Part shown: positions 19,388 through 27,002 of the stretch, piece after piece
How the letters are laid out: each line of letters starts with the position of its first letter
Position numbering within the stretch: position 1 is the first letter of the stretch
Assembly: GCA_025057315.1 (NCBI GenBank)
Contig: JANWXW010000113.1
Span: 1-33,238 of the forward strand
Origin: Myxococcota bacterium
GTDB lineage: Bacteria; Myxococcota_A; Polyangia; Palsa-1104; JAEUJZ01
Direction: 5' to 3'
Length of the DNA: 33,238 bases
Translations under genes and position numbers: made by a program
Notes under the pieces: generated by a model
The model's input: the letters and a program-made list of their open reading frames with translations, nothing else
What the model was told of the DNA's origin: nothing
The model's database searches: none

Positions 19388-19657
19388 ATGAAGCCCCAGC
19401 CCACAGATACCGCCGCAGTCCTTTATGACATCTACTTGCGCGCCTTTGTGCTCGCCAAATTAGGCAGAGAACTCCCCAATACTGCATTTCTTTACCGCCA
19501 GGATGTGCCCCTGTCGCAGGCCGAGTTGCTGGCCGTGGCCCTCGGCGCAGATGATGCCAGCACGTCGGGCAGCTTGCTCGGGCGGGAGGCCCTGCTGGCT
19601 CGCATCGAGGCCCTGCTCGGTGCCCCCGCCGGGGAACCGATGGCCCTGGTCGCATGA
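19388..19657 (+). CDS. hypothetical small protein (89 aa) possibly translationally coupled to the downstream surface-protein gene
   Basis: ATG 19388 after GAAGGAAG. Plausible codon usage. Stop TGA overlaps ATG 19654 (ATGA). Preceded by palindromes CGCATGCATGCG and CACGTG/GTGCAC. Confidence 0.35.
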   Translation: MKPQPTDTAAVLYDIYLRAFVLAKLGRELPNTAFLYRQDVPLSQAELLAVALGADDASTSGSLLGREALLARIEALLGAPAGEPMALVA

Positions 19658-19833
19658 TGGGCCCGTACCAGAGCCCCTGGGGGCCTCCCGCCGCGCTCAT
19701 CCCGCAGGGGAGCGGTGTGCCAGAGGGTCCTGCTCAGGCCCAGCCCGCTGAACCGGCTGACCCCACAGGGCCCGGAATGACCAAACGGTGCGGCGGGCCC
19801 TGCCGGGCCCGACCCTTGCTATCCTGTGCCCCT

Positions 19834-21153
19834 ATGTGCCGTGTTTCCGTGACCGTTCCGGCCGCTCTGGCCGTTCTGCTAGTTGCTTTGCCCTTGCGGG
19901 CCCAGATGTCCACCCCGATGGATGGGAGCGCCGGCACCTGCAGCGGCAGCGTCGGCGGAGCCCCTCTGTCCGGGCAGGTGTTCCTCAACGTCAACGGCAT
20001 CCGGGTCAGCACCGCGGGTGGGGCCGCCGGCGGGGTCTTCAGCCTGTCGGAGTGCGAGTGCAGCACGTCGGACATCTTTTTGGAGTTCATCCTCCAACAG
20101 GCCATTCCCAATGCGCTGGGCGACCTGGGCGCCGCCATGTACATCGGCATCGGCACGGATTGCACGGATCCCACTACGCGCTCGACGAGTTGTAAGGAGA
20201 TCACCCGCGCCGACTACCCTGATGGAAGCGAGTTTAACCTCTCGTTTTCGCTGTTCAAGACCCAGGGACGGGCCTTCTACATCCCCCTGCCGGCCGCGGT
20301 GGTAACCTCGCCGAAGATCGGCGTCAACCCGCCTCCCTTCACCTGCCAGGGCGTGACCTCCTCACGCTCTCTGACCATCTTTCTGGGCGACATTGCGGCC
20401 AGCCCGGCCACCTGCAAGATCCCGCTCCCGGTGCGCACCCTCCTCCCACCCCCGCCTACCGGCGTCACCACCCGCCCGGGCAACCGGGCCGTGTCCGTGC
20501 TCTGGAGCGTGCCCCAGGTCAACGAGGGCGTAGAGCGGTACCAGATCCTATGCCGCGATCGCGCCCGGCCCGATGTGCCCCTTAAGCCAGAGCTGCAGGC
20601 GCGACAGCTTTTTTACTCCACCTGCATCGACCCGGCCGCGCGCCGCCACATTCGGCGGACGAACATCCCTGGCACGGGCGCAACCCTGCCCATCCCTGAC
20701 ATGGCCCGGAGCACCCTGTCGAGCGCGGCACCGTCGCAGCGCGAGCCGCTGGAAACCATGGACATGGGGAGCGCCGACCTGAGCGCCGCGACCGACCCGC
20801 CCGGCTCCGGCGATGCGTTCCGGCGCCTCGACCCGAGGTTCCTCTGCTCGGGCGAGGTGCGCGCAGCCAGCGGGGCCACCCTGGAGTATCGCGTGGACGG
20901 CCTGGACAATGGCCGGCAGTACGAGTTTGTCGTCGTGGCCATCGACTCTTATGGCAACGCCACCCCGTCGCAGCCCGTGCTGGCCAGCCCGCAGCAGACG
21001 CAGAACCTGCTGGAGGCCCTGCACCGCAGCGGCAACTACGCCGGCGGCTTTGGCTGCTCCGCCACCGGGGGCACGGAAGGCCATCTGCCCGGTGCCCTGG
21101 CTGCCCTGTTGTGGTTTGCCTGGACCCGGCGCCGACGGGGGCCAGCCTCATGA
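19834..21153 (+). CDS. cell-surface protein with fibronectin type III-like domain and MYXO-CTERM-type C-terminal sorting signal
   Basis: Sec signal MCRVSVTVPAALAVLLVALPLRAQ from ATG 19834 (alternative in-frame starts 19777 and 19654). FN3-like segment (…YEFVVVAIDSYGNATPSQP…). C-terminus GGFGCSATGG…LPGALAALLWFAWTRRRRG resembles MYXO-CTERM (Cys motif, hydrophobic helix, Arg cluster). Confidence 0.65.
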   Translation: MCRVSVTVPAALAVLLVALPLRAQMSTPMDGSAGTCSGSVGGAPLSGQVFLNVNGIRVSTAGGAAGGVFSLSECECSTSDIFLEFILQQAIPNALGDLGAAMYIGIGTDCTDPTTRSTSCKEITRADYPDGSEFNLSFSLFKTQGRAFYIPLPAAVVTSPKIGVNPPPFTCQGVTSSRSLTIFLGDIAASPATCKIPLPVRTLLPPPPTGVTTRPGNRAVSVLWSVPQVNEGVERYQILCRDRARPDVPLKPELQARQLFYSTCIDPAARRHIRRTNIPGTGATLPIPDMARSTLSSAAPSQREPLETMDMGSADLSAATDPPGSGDAFRRLDPRFLCSGEVRAASGATLEYRVDGLDNGRQYEFVVVAIDSYGNATPSQPVLASPQQTQNLLEALHRSGNYAGGFGCSATGGTEGHLPGALAALLWFAWTRRRRGPAS

Positions 21154-22061
21154 CAATGAGAGTGGGATTTGTATTGAGCATGATGGCGGTCCTGACAGCG
21201 GCCCCGGCGCGGGCCGAGTCACCGCAGCGCTTCGCCCTGGAGGTCAAGTTCGGTCCCTACCGTCCCGACATGGACGCCTCGCCGGGCCTGAGCCGGCCGG
21301 TGTTCTCGGATCTGCTCAACCCGCCCGATGCCGCTCGTGGCGATCGCCTCTACCCTGGGCTGCTCACGCAGGTGGAGCTGGACTATCAATTTCTCCATCG
21401 TGTTGGCATCTTGGGCGTCGGCCTGAGCGTCGGCTACCACCGGCGCTCGGCCCCGCAGCTGCGCTACTTTCCCGGAGCAATGCTGGCCACCTGCGACATC
21501 CAGGACGAGGTCCTCACAGCCTCCGACGGCGTCAGGCGGCCCTATAAGAAGTATGTGCTGCCGGACGGCAGCGTGGACCGCCAGGGCGCCTGCTTTTCCA
21601 ACGACGAGCACGTGGTCAACGTGCTGCCCCTGTCCGTGCTGCTCGTGTATCGCTTCGACTGGCTGGACAAGCGCTTTGGCGTGCCCCTCATCCCCTACAT
21701 GAAGGCCGGTCTGGCCTACTATCTGTGGTGGTTTGGCAGCAGCAGCGAGTTTGTCGTCCGCAAGGAGGTGGATGAGTCCGGGCAGCTGGTCGAAGATGGC
21801 CCCACCGCCTCGGGTGGCACCTTCGGCTTCGTGCTCCAGCCGGGGCTGGCCATCGATCTGGGCGCCATCGACCGGGCGGCAGCCCGCGTCATGGACAAGG
21901 AGATCGGCCTGAACCGCGTCAGCGCTTTCGTCGAGCTGCACTACGCCCAGATCGACAACTTTGGTCACCCCGCCGAGCGGGACGTGGGCGGCCAGCGCGG
22001 ACCCACCACCCTCAACCTGTCTGACACCACGCTCAGTGCCGGCCTGGCATTTGAGTTTTAG
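21150..22061 (+). CDS. putative outer-membrane beta-barrel protein
   Basis: ATG 21150 overlaps the preceding stop (ATGA). Signal peptide MTMRVGFVLSMMAVLTAAPARA. Alternating amphipathic beta-strand pattern. C-terminal …LSAGLAFEF ending in Phe (OMP signature). Confidence 0.6.
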   Translation: MTMRVGFVLSMMAVLTAAPARAESPQRFALEVKFGPYRPDMDASPGLSRPVFSDLLNPPDAARGDRLYPGLLTQVELDYQFLHRVGILGVGLSVGYHRRSAPQLRYFPGAMLATCDIQDEVLTASDGVRRPYKKYVLPDGSVDRQGACFSNDEHVVNVLPLSVLLVYRFDWLDKRFGVPLIPYMKAGLAYYLWWFGSSSEFVVRKEVDESGQLVEDGPTASGGTFGFVLQPGLAIDLGAIDRAAARVMDKEIGLNRVSAFVELHYAQIDNFGHPAERDVGGQRGPTTLNLSDTTLSAGLAFEF

Positions 22062-22066
22062 CGCCC

Positions 22067-23686
22067 ATGCCAGGCCCGCTTCACGTCGAGCTCCGCCTGG
22101 TCGACTGGGCCATTCTGGGCATCTACTTTGCCTTCGTCCTGGGCATTGGCTGGCGGCTCAAGCGCCACATGCGCACGGCGGAGGAATTTCTCCTGTCAGG
22201 CCGGTCCATCCCGTCGTGGATCACGGGCCTGGCTTTTCTGTCAGCCAACCTGGGCGCGCTGGAGGTCATGGGCATGGCCGGCAACGGCTACAAGTATGGC
22301 CTCATGACCGCCCACTTCTACTGGGTCGGTGCCATCCCGGCCATGGTCTTTGTCGGCCTCTTTATGATGCCCTTTTATTACGGCTCGCGCGCCCGCTCGG
22401 TGCCCGAATATCTGCGCCTGCGCTTCGACGAGAAGACCCGCGGCCTGAACGCGCTGAGCTTCGCCGTGCTCACGGTGCTCATGTCCGGCATCAACATGTA
22501 TGCCATGGCCATCGTCTTCGAGGTCATGCTCGGCTGGTCGATCCACACCTCGATCCTGATGAGCGCCGCGGTGGTGCTGGCCTATACCTACCTGGGCGGG
22601 CTGACCTCGTCTATCTACAACGAGGTACTGCAGTTCTTCCTTATCGTGTTTGGCTTTGCACCGCTGGCCATCGTCGGTGTAGAGGCCGCCGGCGGCTGGT
22701 CTGGCATTGAGCAGAGGCTGGCCCATACGCCGGGCATGACGGCCATCTGGTCCAGCGCCATGCGCACCACCGACAACCCGATGGGCATCGAGCTGTTTGG
22801 CCTGCTGATGGGCCTGGGCTTCGTGCTCAGCTTTGGCTACTGGTGCACGGACTTCCTCGTGATCCAGCGCGCCATGGCCTCGCGCGACATACCGAGCGCC
22901 CAGCGCACGCCGCTCATCGCCGCCCTGCCCAAGGCCCTGTTTCCGTTCGTGGTGGTGGTGCCAGGGCTGGTGGCCGCTGCGCTCGCCATCGAGCTGCCAG
23001 GCAATCGATACGACTACACCCTGCCGCTGCTGCTCAAGCGGTTTTACCCCACAGGCATGCTCGGCCTGGGTCTGGCGGCGCTGCTGGCCTCGTTCATGAG
23101 CGGCATGGCCGGCAACGTGACGGCCTTTAACACGGTCTGGACCTACGACATTTACCAAGCCTACATCCACCGTGGTGCCAGCGACCAGGCGCTGCTGCGC
23201 ACCGGCCGGCTGGCGACGCTGTGGGGCGTGGTCGCTTCCATTGGTACGGCCTACCTGGTGCTGCGCTTCGACTCGCTGATGGACTACATGCAGCTGCTGT
23301 TTGGCTTCTTCAACGCGCCCATCTTTGCTACTTTTCTTCTGGGCATGTTCTGCAAGCGCACCACGGCCAACGGGGCCTTTTACGGTCTGCTGTGTGGCAT
23401 CTCGGCGGGCATTCTGCACCACGTCGTTCGCTCCGTCGGGTTCATCCGTTACCCGAGCGACATGGCGGCGGCCTTCTACGGCGCCATCGTGGCCTTTGTG
23501 ACCTGCTTTGTTGTCACCGTGCTTGTCTCGCTGGCAGGCCGGGCGCCAGCCGAGGAGGCCCTGCGTGGGTTGGTCTACTCGCTGACGCCGCGGCAGCAGC
23601 TGAGGCTGCCCTGGCACCTGCGCCCCGGAACAGCCGCTGTGGCCGTGCTGGTCGTGGTGGTGCTGCTCAACTGGCGATTTTTCTAG
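22067..23686 (+). CDS. sodium:solute symporter family (SSF) transporter
   Basis: 539 aa, ~13 predicted TM helices, SSF signature regions (GRSIPSWITGLAFLSANLGALEVMGMAGNGYKYG…). 5 nt after the OMP gene. Confidence 0.85.
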   Translation: MPGPLHVELRLVDWAILGIYFAFVLGIGWRLKRHMRTAEEFLLSGRSIPSWITGLAFLSANLGALEVMGMAGNGYKYGLMTAHFYWVGAIPAMVFVGLFMMPFYYGSRARSVPEYLRLRFDEKTRGLNALSFAVLTVLMSGINMYAMAIVFEVMLGWSIHTSILMSAAVVLAYTYLGGLTSSIYNEVLQFFLIVFGFAPLAIVGVEAAGGWSGIEQRLAHTPGMTAIWSSAMRTTDNPMGIELFGLLMGLGFVLSFGYWCTDFLVIQRAMASRDIPSAQRTPLIAALPKALFPFVVVVPGLVAAALAIELPGNRYDYTLPLLLKRFYPTGMLGLGLAALLASFMSGMAGNVTAFNTVWTYDIYQAYIHRGASDQALLRTGRLATLWGVVASIGTAYLVLRFDSLMDYMQLLFGFFNAPIFATFLLGMFCKRTTANGAFYGLLCGISAGILHHVVRSVGFIRYPSDMAAAFYGAIVAFVTCFVVTVLVSLAGRAPAEEALRGLVYSLTPRQQLRLPWHLRPGTAAVAVLVVVVLLNWRFF

Positions 23687-23694
23687 GAGGCTGG

Positions 23695-23943
23695 ATGGGG
23701 CTCGACATCCGCTTGCCCATCGGCCTGATGTTTTGTCTTATGGGGCCGTTGCTGCTCGGGACCGGCCTGGCAGAAGGCAGCCCGCTCAGCGCGCGCACCG
23801 GGGGCGCCATGCTGCTCTTTGGGGGGGTGATGCTGGCGCTGGGGCTGCGCGCTCAGCTTAGCGCCTCCTCATCGGAGGCCTCGTCCTCGTCGGACGCTTC
23901 CGCCTCGTCCTCTTCATCCTCCTCTTCAAACGAGATCACATAG
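23695..23943 (+). CDS. possible small two-TM membrane protein following the symporter (uncertain)
   Basis: TAGGAGG 4 nt before ATG 23695. Two hydrophobic helices. The Ser-rich tail is antisense to the acidic tail of the convergent FHA gene (91-nt overlap), so the 3' part may be non-coding. Confidence 0.3.
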   Translation: MGLDIRLPIGLMFCLMGPLLLGTGLAEGSPLSARTGGAMLLFGGVMLALGLRAQLSASSSEASSSSDASASSSSSSSSNEIT

Positions 23944-24209
23944 TCGCCAATGTAGAGCTTGTCGTCCACGTCCAGCGGCCGCGGCTCCTCGACGCGAAAG
24001 CCGTTGACGAAGGTGCCACAGGTGCTCTTAAGGTCTTCGATCCAGTACTGTTCGTCTTTGACAAACAGGCGCGCGTGCCGCTTGGACACGATGCCGTCGG
24101 GCAGCACGATGTCGTTGGCGCTGCTCAGGCGGCCAATGTTGATCTCGTCCTTTTCGATCTCCAGGCGCCGCTGCTTGCCTTCCTTATGGACGATCCGGAA
24201 GACGGGCAC
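23853..24209 (-). CDS. FHA (forkhead-associated) domain protein with acidic C-terminal tail
   Basis: FHA core (…INIGRLSSANDIVLPDGIVSKRHARLFVKDEQYWIEDLKSTCGTFVNG…). Start reassigned to GTG 24209, which has AGGAGG plus a 6-nt spacer; the ATG at 24236 lacks a Shine-Dalgarno site. C-terminal EEDEEDEAEASDEDEASDEE. Confidence 0.75.
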   Translation of the reverse strand: MPVFRIVHKEGKQRRLEIEKDEINIGRLSSANDIVLPDGIVSKRHARLFVKDEQYWIEDLKSTCGTFVNGFRVEEPRPLDVDDKLYIGDYVISFEEEDEEDEAEASDEDEASDEEALS

Positions 24210-24341
24210 GATAGACCTCCTGCCGCATCGTACCATGGCCTGCCCGAGCCTTCACAGAGGGGGCGTGAAGCGGGATTCACAGGGAGCCCCCGCGCTCAGG
24301 CGACGGTTTCGTTGGCATGCGGGCTGCAATATCCGCCTGCC

Positions 24342-25187
24342 ATGAGAAGCCCGCTGCTTGCCATGGTGATTGCAACGCTGTCCTACATTGCCTCTGGAGC
24401 GGAAGGGGGGCTGCCGCTGGCCCGGGCCAGCGATGCCGCGACCCAGCTTCCCCGGCACCGTCTGGTGGGCGTGATCCTGTCCACCTCGCAGGTCCTGCTC
24501 TGGGACGAGGAAACCGGCGAGTACCAGCTGCGCCGCGTGGGCGATGAGATCATGGGCGGGCGCATCGTGGCCCTGGAGGAGGACATGATCCTGCTGGAGC
24601 GGGGCGAGGAGCGGGAGGAGATCGGCATCATGCCGCCGCCCCAGCGGCGGATCGCAGCGCGGAGGTCGCGGCGTCTGCCGCCGATGATCGTCCAGGTGGC
24701 CCCGGTGGACCAGGAGCCGTCTGCCGCGACGCTGGCGCCGCAGGCGCCGGCCCAGCCAGTGCCCGGCCCGATGCCGCTGCCGGCCCAGCCAGTGCCCGGC
24801 CCGATGCCGCTGCCGATCCAGCCGCAGAGCCCACCCCCCGTGCCCCCTGCGCCACCGGCTGCGGCACCCCAGCTGGGCCCCGTGCAGGCCCTGTCGCGGG
24901 CCCAGCTGGAGCGGACCCTGGAGGCCCTCGGCGGATCGGAGCCACCGGTGGCGCTGGCCCCCCATCCCAGCGGGGGCTACCGCATCCTGGCGGTGCAGGC
25001 CGGCAGCCTGGCCGAGGGGATGGGCCTGCGCCCGGGCGACATCGTGCTGCGCATCGACGGCCGGCCCATCCACTCCGTCGGCGACGCCGTTTCCGCCTAC
25101 GCCTGGCTGCGGCTGACCGACCAGTTCACCATGGACGTGCTCCGCGACGGCCGCTTGCTGACTCTTCGCTACGTGTTCCAGCCGTAG
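24342..25187 (+). CDS. PDZ-domain protein with N-terminal signal/anchor and proline-rich linker (GspC/PilP-like architecture)
   Basis: MRSPLLAMVIATLSYIASGA hydrophobic N-terminus. Pro-rich repeats (QPVPGPMPLP x2). C-terminal PDZ (…GYRILAVQAGSLAEGMGLRPGDIVLRIDGRPIHSVGDA…). Divergent from the FHA gene. Confidence 0.65.
   Translation: MRSPLLAMVIATLSYIASGAEGGLPLARASDAATQLPRHRLVGVILSTSQVLLWDEETGEYQLRRVGDEIMGGRIVALEEDMILLERGEEREEIGIMPPPQRRIAARRSRRLPPMIVQVAPVDQEPSAATLAPQAPAQPVPGPMPLPAQPVPGPMPLPIQPQSPPPVPPAPPAAAPQLGPVQALSRAQLERTLEALGGSEPPVALAPHPSGGYRILAVQAGSLAEGMGLRPGDIVLRIDGRPIHSVGDAVSAYAWLRLTDQFTMDVLRDGRLLTLRYVFQP
24749..24814. repeat. perfect 33-bp tandem duplication (GGCCCAGCCAGTGCCCGGCCCGATGCCGCTGCC x2) inside the PDZ-protein gene
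   Basis: Read directly from the sequence; encodes AQPVPGPMPLP twice. Confidence 0.9.
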
Positions 25188-25540
25188 CAGAAGGGCCGAG
25201 CCCAGGGGCACGAGGAACGGCCGGCGATCCGGTCGGCCGCAACAGGCCCGCGGGGGTGCAAGCTCACCTCCGGCACGGTGTCCTACGAGGTGGCAGAGGG
25301 TGCAGGAGCACGCCCAGCGAGCTGTCCTGTCTGCCCCCCTGGGGTGGGGGAACACCCTGCAGAGGGTGGTCGCACCTGCGGTGCGCAACGGCCATCGGCC
25401 TTTACAGCCCCCGGGACCGGACCAGACAGCCCCGCTCGCTGTGCTCCGCCCTGCGCCGGCGGCCGCAGAGGCAGCCCCCTGGAAGACCCACCTGCCTCCA
25501 AGCGGTCGCGACAGGAGGCCGGGAGAGAAACGCCGCGCCC

Positions 25541-25573
25541 TGATCGACCCTGATCGATCGTGATCGATCGTGA
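25541..25573. repeat. three tandem 10-bp repeats TGATCGA(C/T)CG containing GATC/CGATCG palindromes in a 600-bp convergent intergenic region
   Basis: Read directly from the sequence: tgatcgaccc-tgatcgatcg-tgatcgatcg-tga. Confidence 0.8.
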
Positions 25574-25708
25574 AGGCCCGGCTGGACCCAGGAGTCGGGG
25601 GGGCACGCTCTGGCCTCGAACCCCGGACGGAAGGAGGCCACCTGGGTCCGGTGCCAGCCGGGGGCGGACCGCAGGGGCACGGGGTCGGCGCGCCGGTCTG
25701 TCGTGATC

Positions 25709-25838
25709 ACTCCCGTGCGGCGCCCTGGTGCAGCCGGTCAGTTGCGCCGGTACATCGTGACCACGCAGGTGCGGACCCCGTGCGGCGCCCTGGTGCAGCC
25801 AATCAGTCGCGCCGGTACATCGTGACCACGCAGGCCCC
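25709..25838. repeat. ~65-bp tandem duplication covering the last ~30 nt of the thiolase gene plus ~33 nt of downstream sequence
   Basis: CCCGTGCGGCGCCCTGGTGCAGCC occurs at 25712-25735 and 25777-25800. (G/A)TCAGT(T/C)GCGCCGGTACATCGTGACCACGCAGG occurs at 25736-25769 and 25801-25834. The distal copy encodes …VVTMYRRN* versus the genuine …VVTMYRRD*. Confidence 0.85.
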
Positions 25839-26981
25839 GCCCAGGCCGAGGTTGTGCTGCAGCGCCACCCGGGCCCCCTCCACCTGCCGCTTGTCCGCGG
25901 TGCCACGGAGCTGCCACACCAGCTCGGCGCACTGGGCCAGCCCGGTTGCGCCCAGCGGGTGACCCTTGGACAGCAGACCCCCGGACGGGTTGATCACGTA
26001 CTTGCCGCCGTAGGTGTTGTCCCCGTCCCAGATGAACTTCTCGGCACCGCCCTCCGGGCACAACCCCAGGGCCTCGTAGCTGAGCAGCTCGTTGGTGGTG
26101 AAGCAGTCGTGCAGCTCGACCACATCCACGTCCTCGGGCCCCAGGCCGGCGCGCTCGTAGACCTGCCGGGCGGCGCTCTTGGCCATGTCGTAGCCGACCA
26201 TCTTGATCATGCTTTTTTCTTGGAAGCTGGACGGAGAGTCGGTGGTCATGACCTGCGCCGCGATGTAGATGGGTGCAGACAGGCCGCGCCGGTTGGCAAA
26301 GTCGCTGGAGCACAGCACGGCCGCCGCCGCGCCGCAGGTGGGCGGGCAGCACTGGTAGCGCGTCAGCGGGTCGAAGACTTCGTCGGAGGCCAGTATCTCC
26401 TCGACGGTCAGCGGCTGGTTGAAGAGAGCATAGGGATTGTTGGCCGCATGGCGGCGGGCCTTCTCGGCAATCTTGGCGAAGGTCTCGCGTCGCGTGCCGT
26501 AGCGCCAGCGGTACTCGCGGCCGGCGCCACCGAACATCTGTGCCGTCGGCGGGGCCTGGGTGAAACCCTGCACCTCGTTCATGAGGTTGGCGTGCCACTC
26601 GACCGGGCTGGCGCGATCGGTCCACTTGGAGCCGAGCGCGCCCTTTTCCATCTTCTCGAAGCCCAGGGCGAGCACGCACTCGGCACCGCTCTCGATGGCC
26701 TGACGGGCGAGCATGAGCGCAGTGGAGCCAGTGGCGCAGTTGTTGTTGACGTTGAAGATCGGGATGCCGCGCAGGCCAAGCTCGTAGACTGCGCGCTGTC
26801 CGCAGGTGCTGTCACCGAAGACGTAGCCGGCATAGACCTGCTCTACGTCCTCGAACCCTACGCCAGCATCGCTCAGGGCCGCGCGGGCGGCCTGGCTGGC
26901 CATGATGTGATAGTCATCGCTCTGGCCCGGCTTCTGGAACTTGGTCATGCCGACGCCAATGACATGGGTCCGTCGTGCCAT
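25803..26981 (-). CDS. SCPx-type thiolase (nonspecific lipid-transfer protein thiolase domain; 3-ketoacyl-CoA thiolase)
   Basis: Very close collinear similarity to the thiolase domain of eukaryotic SCPx/SCP2: [138 protein letters not shown] Shine-Dalgarno. 21 nt downstream of the MFE-2 gene. Confidence 0.9.
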   Translation of the reverse strand: MARRTHVIGVGMTKFQKPGQSDDYHIMASQAARAALSDAGVGFEDVEQVYAGYVFGDSTCGQRAVYELGLRGIPIFNVNNNCATGSTALMLARQAIESGAECVLALGFEKMEKGALGSKWTDRASPVEWHANLMNEVQGFTQAPPTAQMFGGAGREYRWRYGTRRETFAKIAEKARRHAANNPYALFNQPLTVEEILASDEVFDPLTRYQCCPPTCGAAAAVLCSSDFANRRGLSAPIYIAAQVMTTDSPSSFQEKSMIKMVGYDMAKSAARQVYERAGLGPEDVDVVELHDCFTTNELLSYEALGLCPEGGAEKFIWDGDNTYGGKYVINPSGGLLSKGHPLGATGLAQCAELVWQLRGTADKRQVEGARVALQHNLGLGGACVVTMYRRD

Positions 26982-27002
26982 CGTGCACCTCTTGCGGGCA
27001 GC

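Noticed and set aside
19654-19833. 60-aa N-terminal extension of the FN3/MYXO-CTERM protein from ATG 19654 (ATGA-coupled to the small ORF)
   Set aside because: It would place 60 Pro/Gly-rich residues ahead of the signal peptide, incompatible with Sec targeting required for a MYXO-CTERM protein. Kept as an alternative start only.
20582-21247. 221-aa and other minus-strand ORFs inside the FN3/MYXO-CTERM gene
   Set aside because: Arg-rich antisense frames with no Shine-Dalgarno site or domain features.
24252-25388. 378-aa minus-strand ORF antisense to the PDZ-protein gene
   Set aside because: Arg/Gly/Pro-rich low-complexity translation typical of shadow frames in high-GC DNA, with no start signal. 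The + strand gene has coherent domain structure.
25738-26679. 313-aa minus-strand ORF ending …VVTMYRRN
   Set aside because: Out-of-frame shadow of the thiolase gene that happens to terminate in the duplicated 3'-end copy; not an independent gene. It is, however, useful evidence for the 65-bp duplication.
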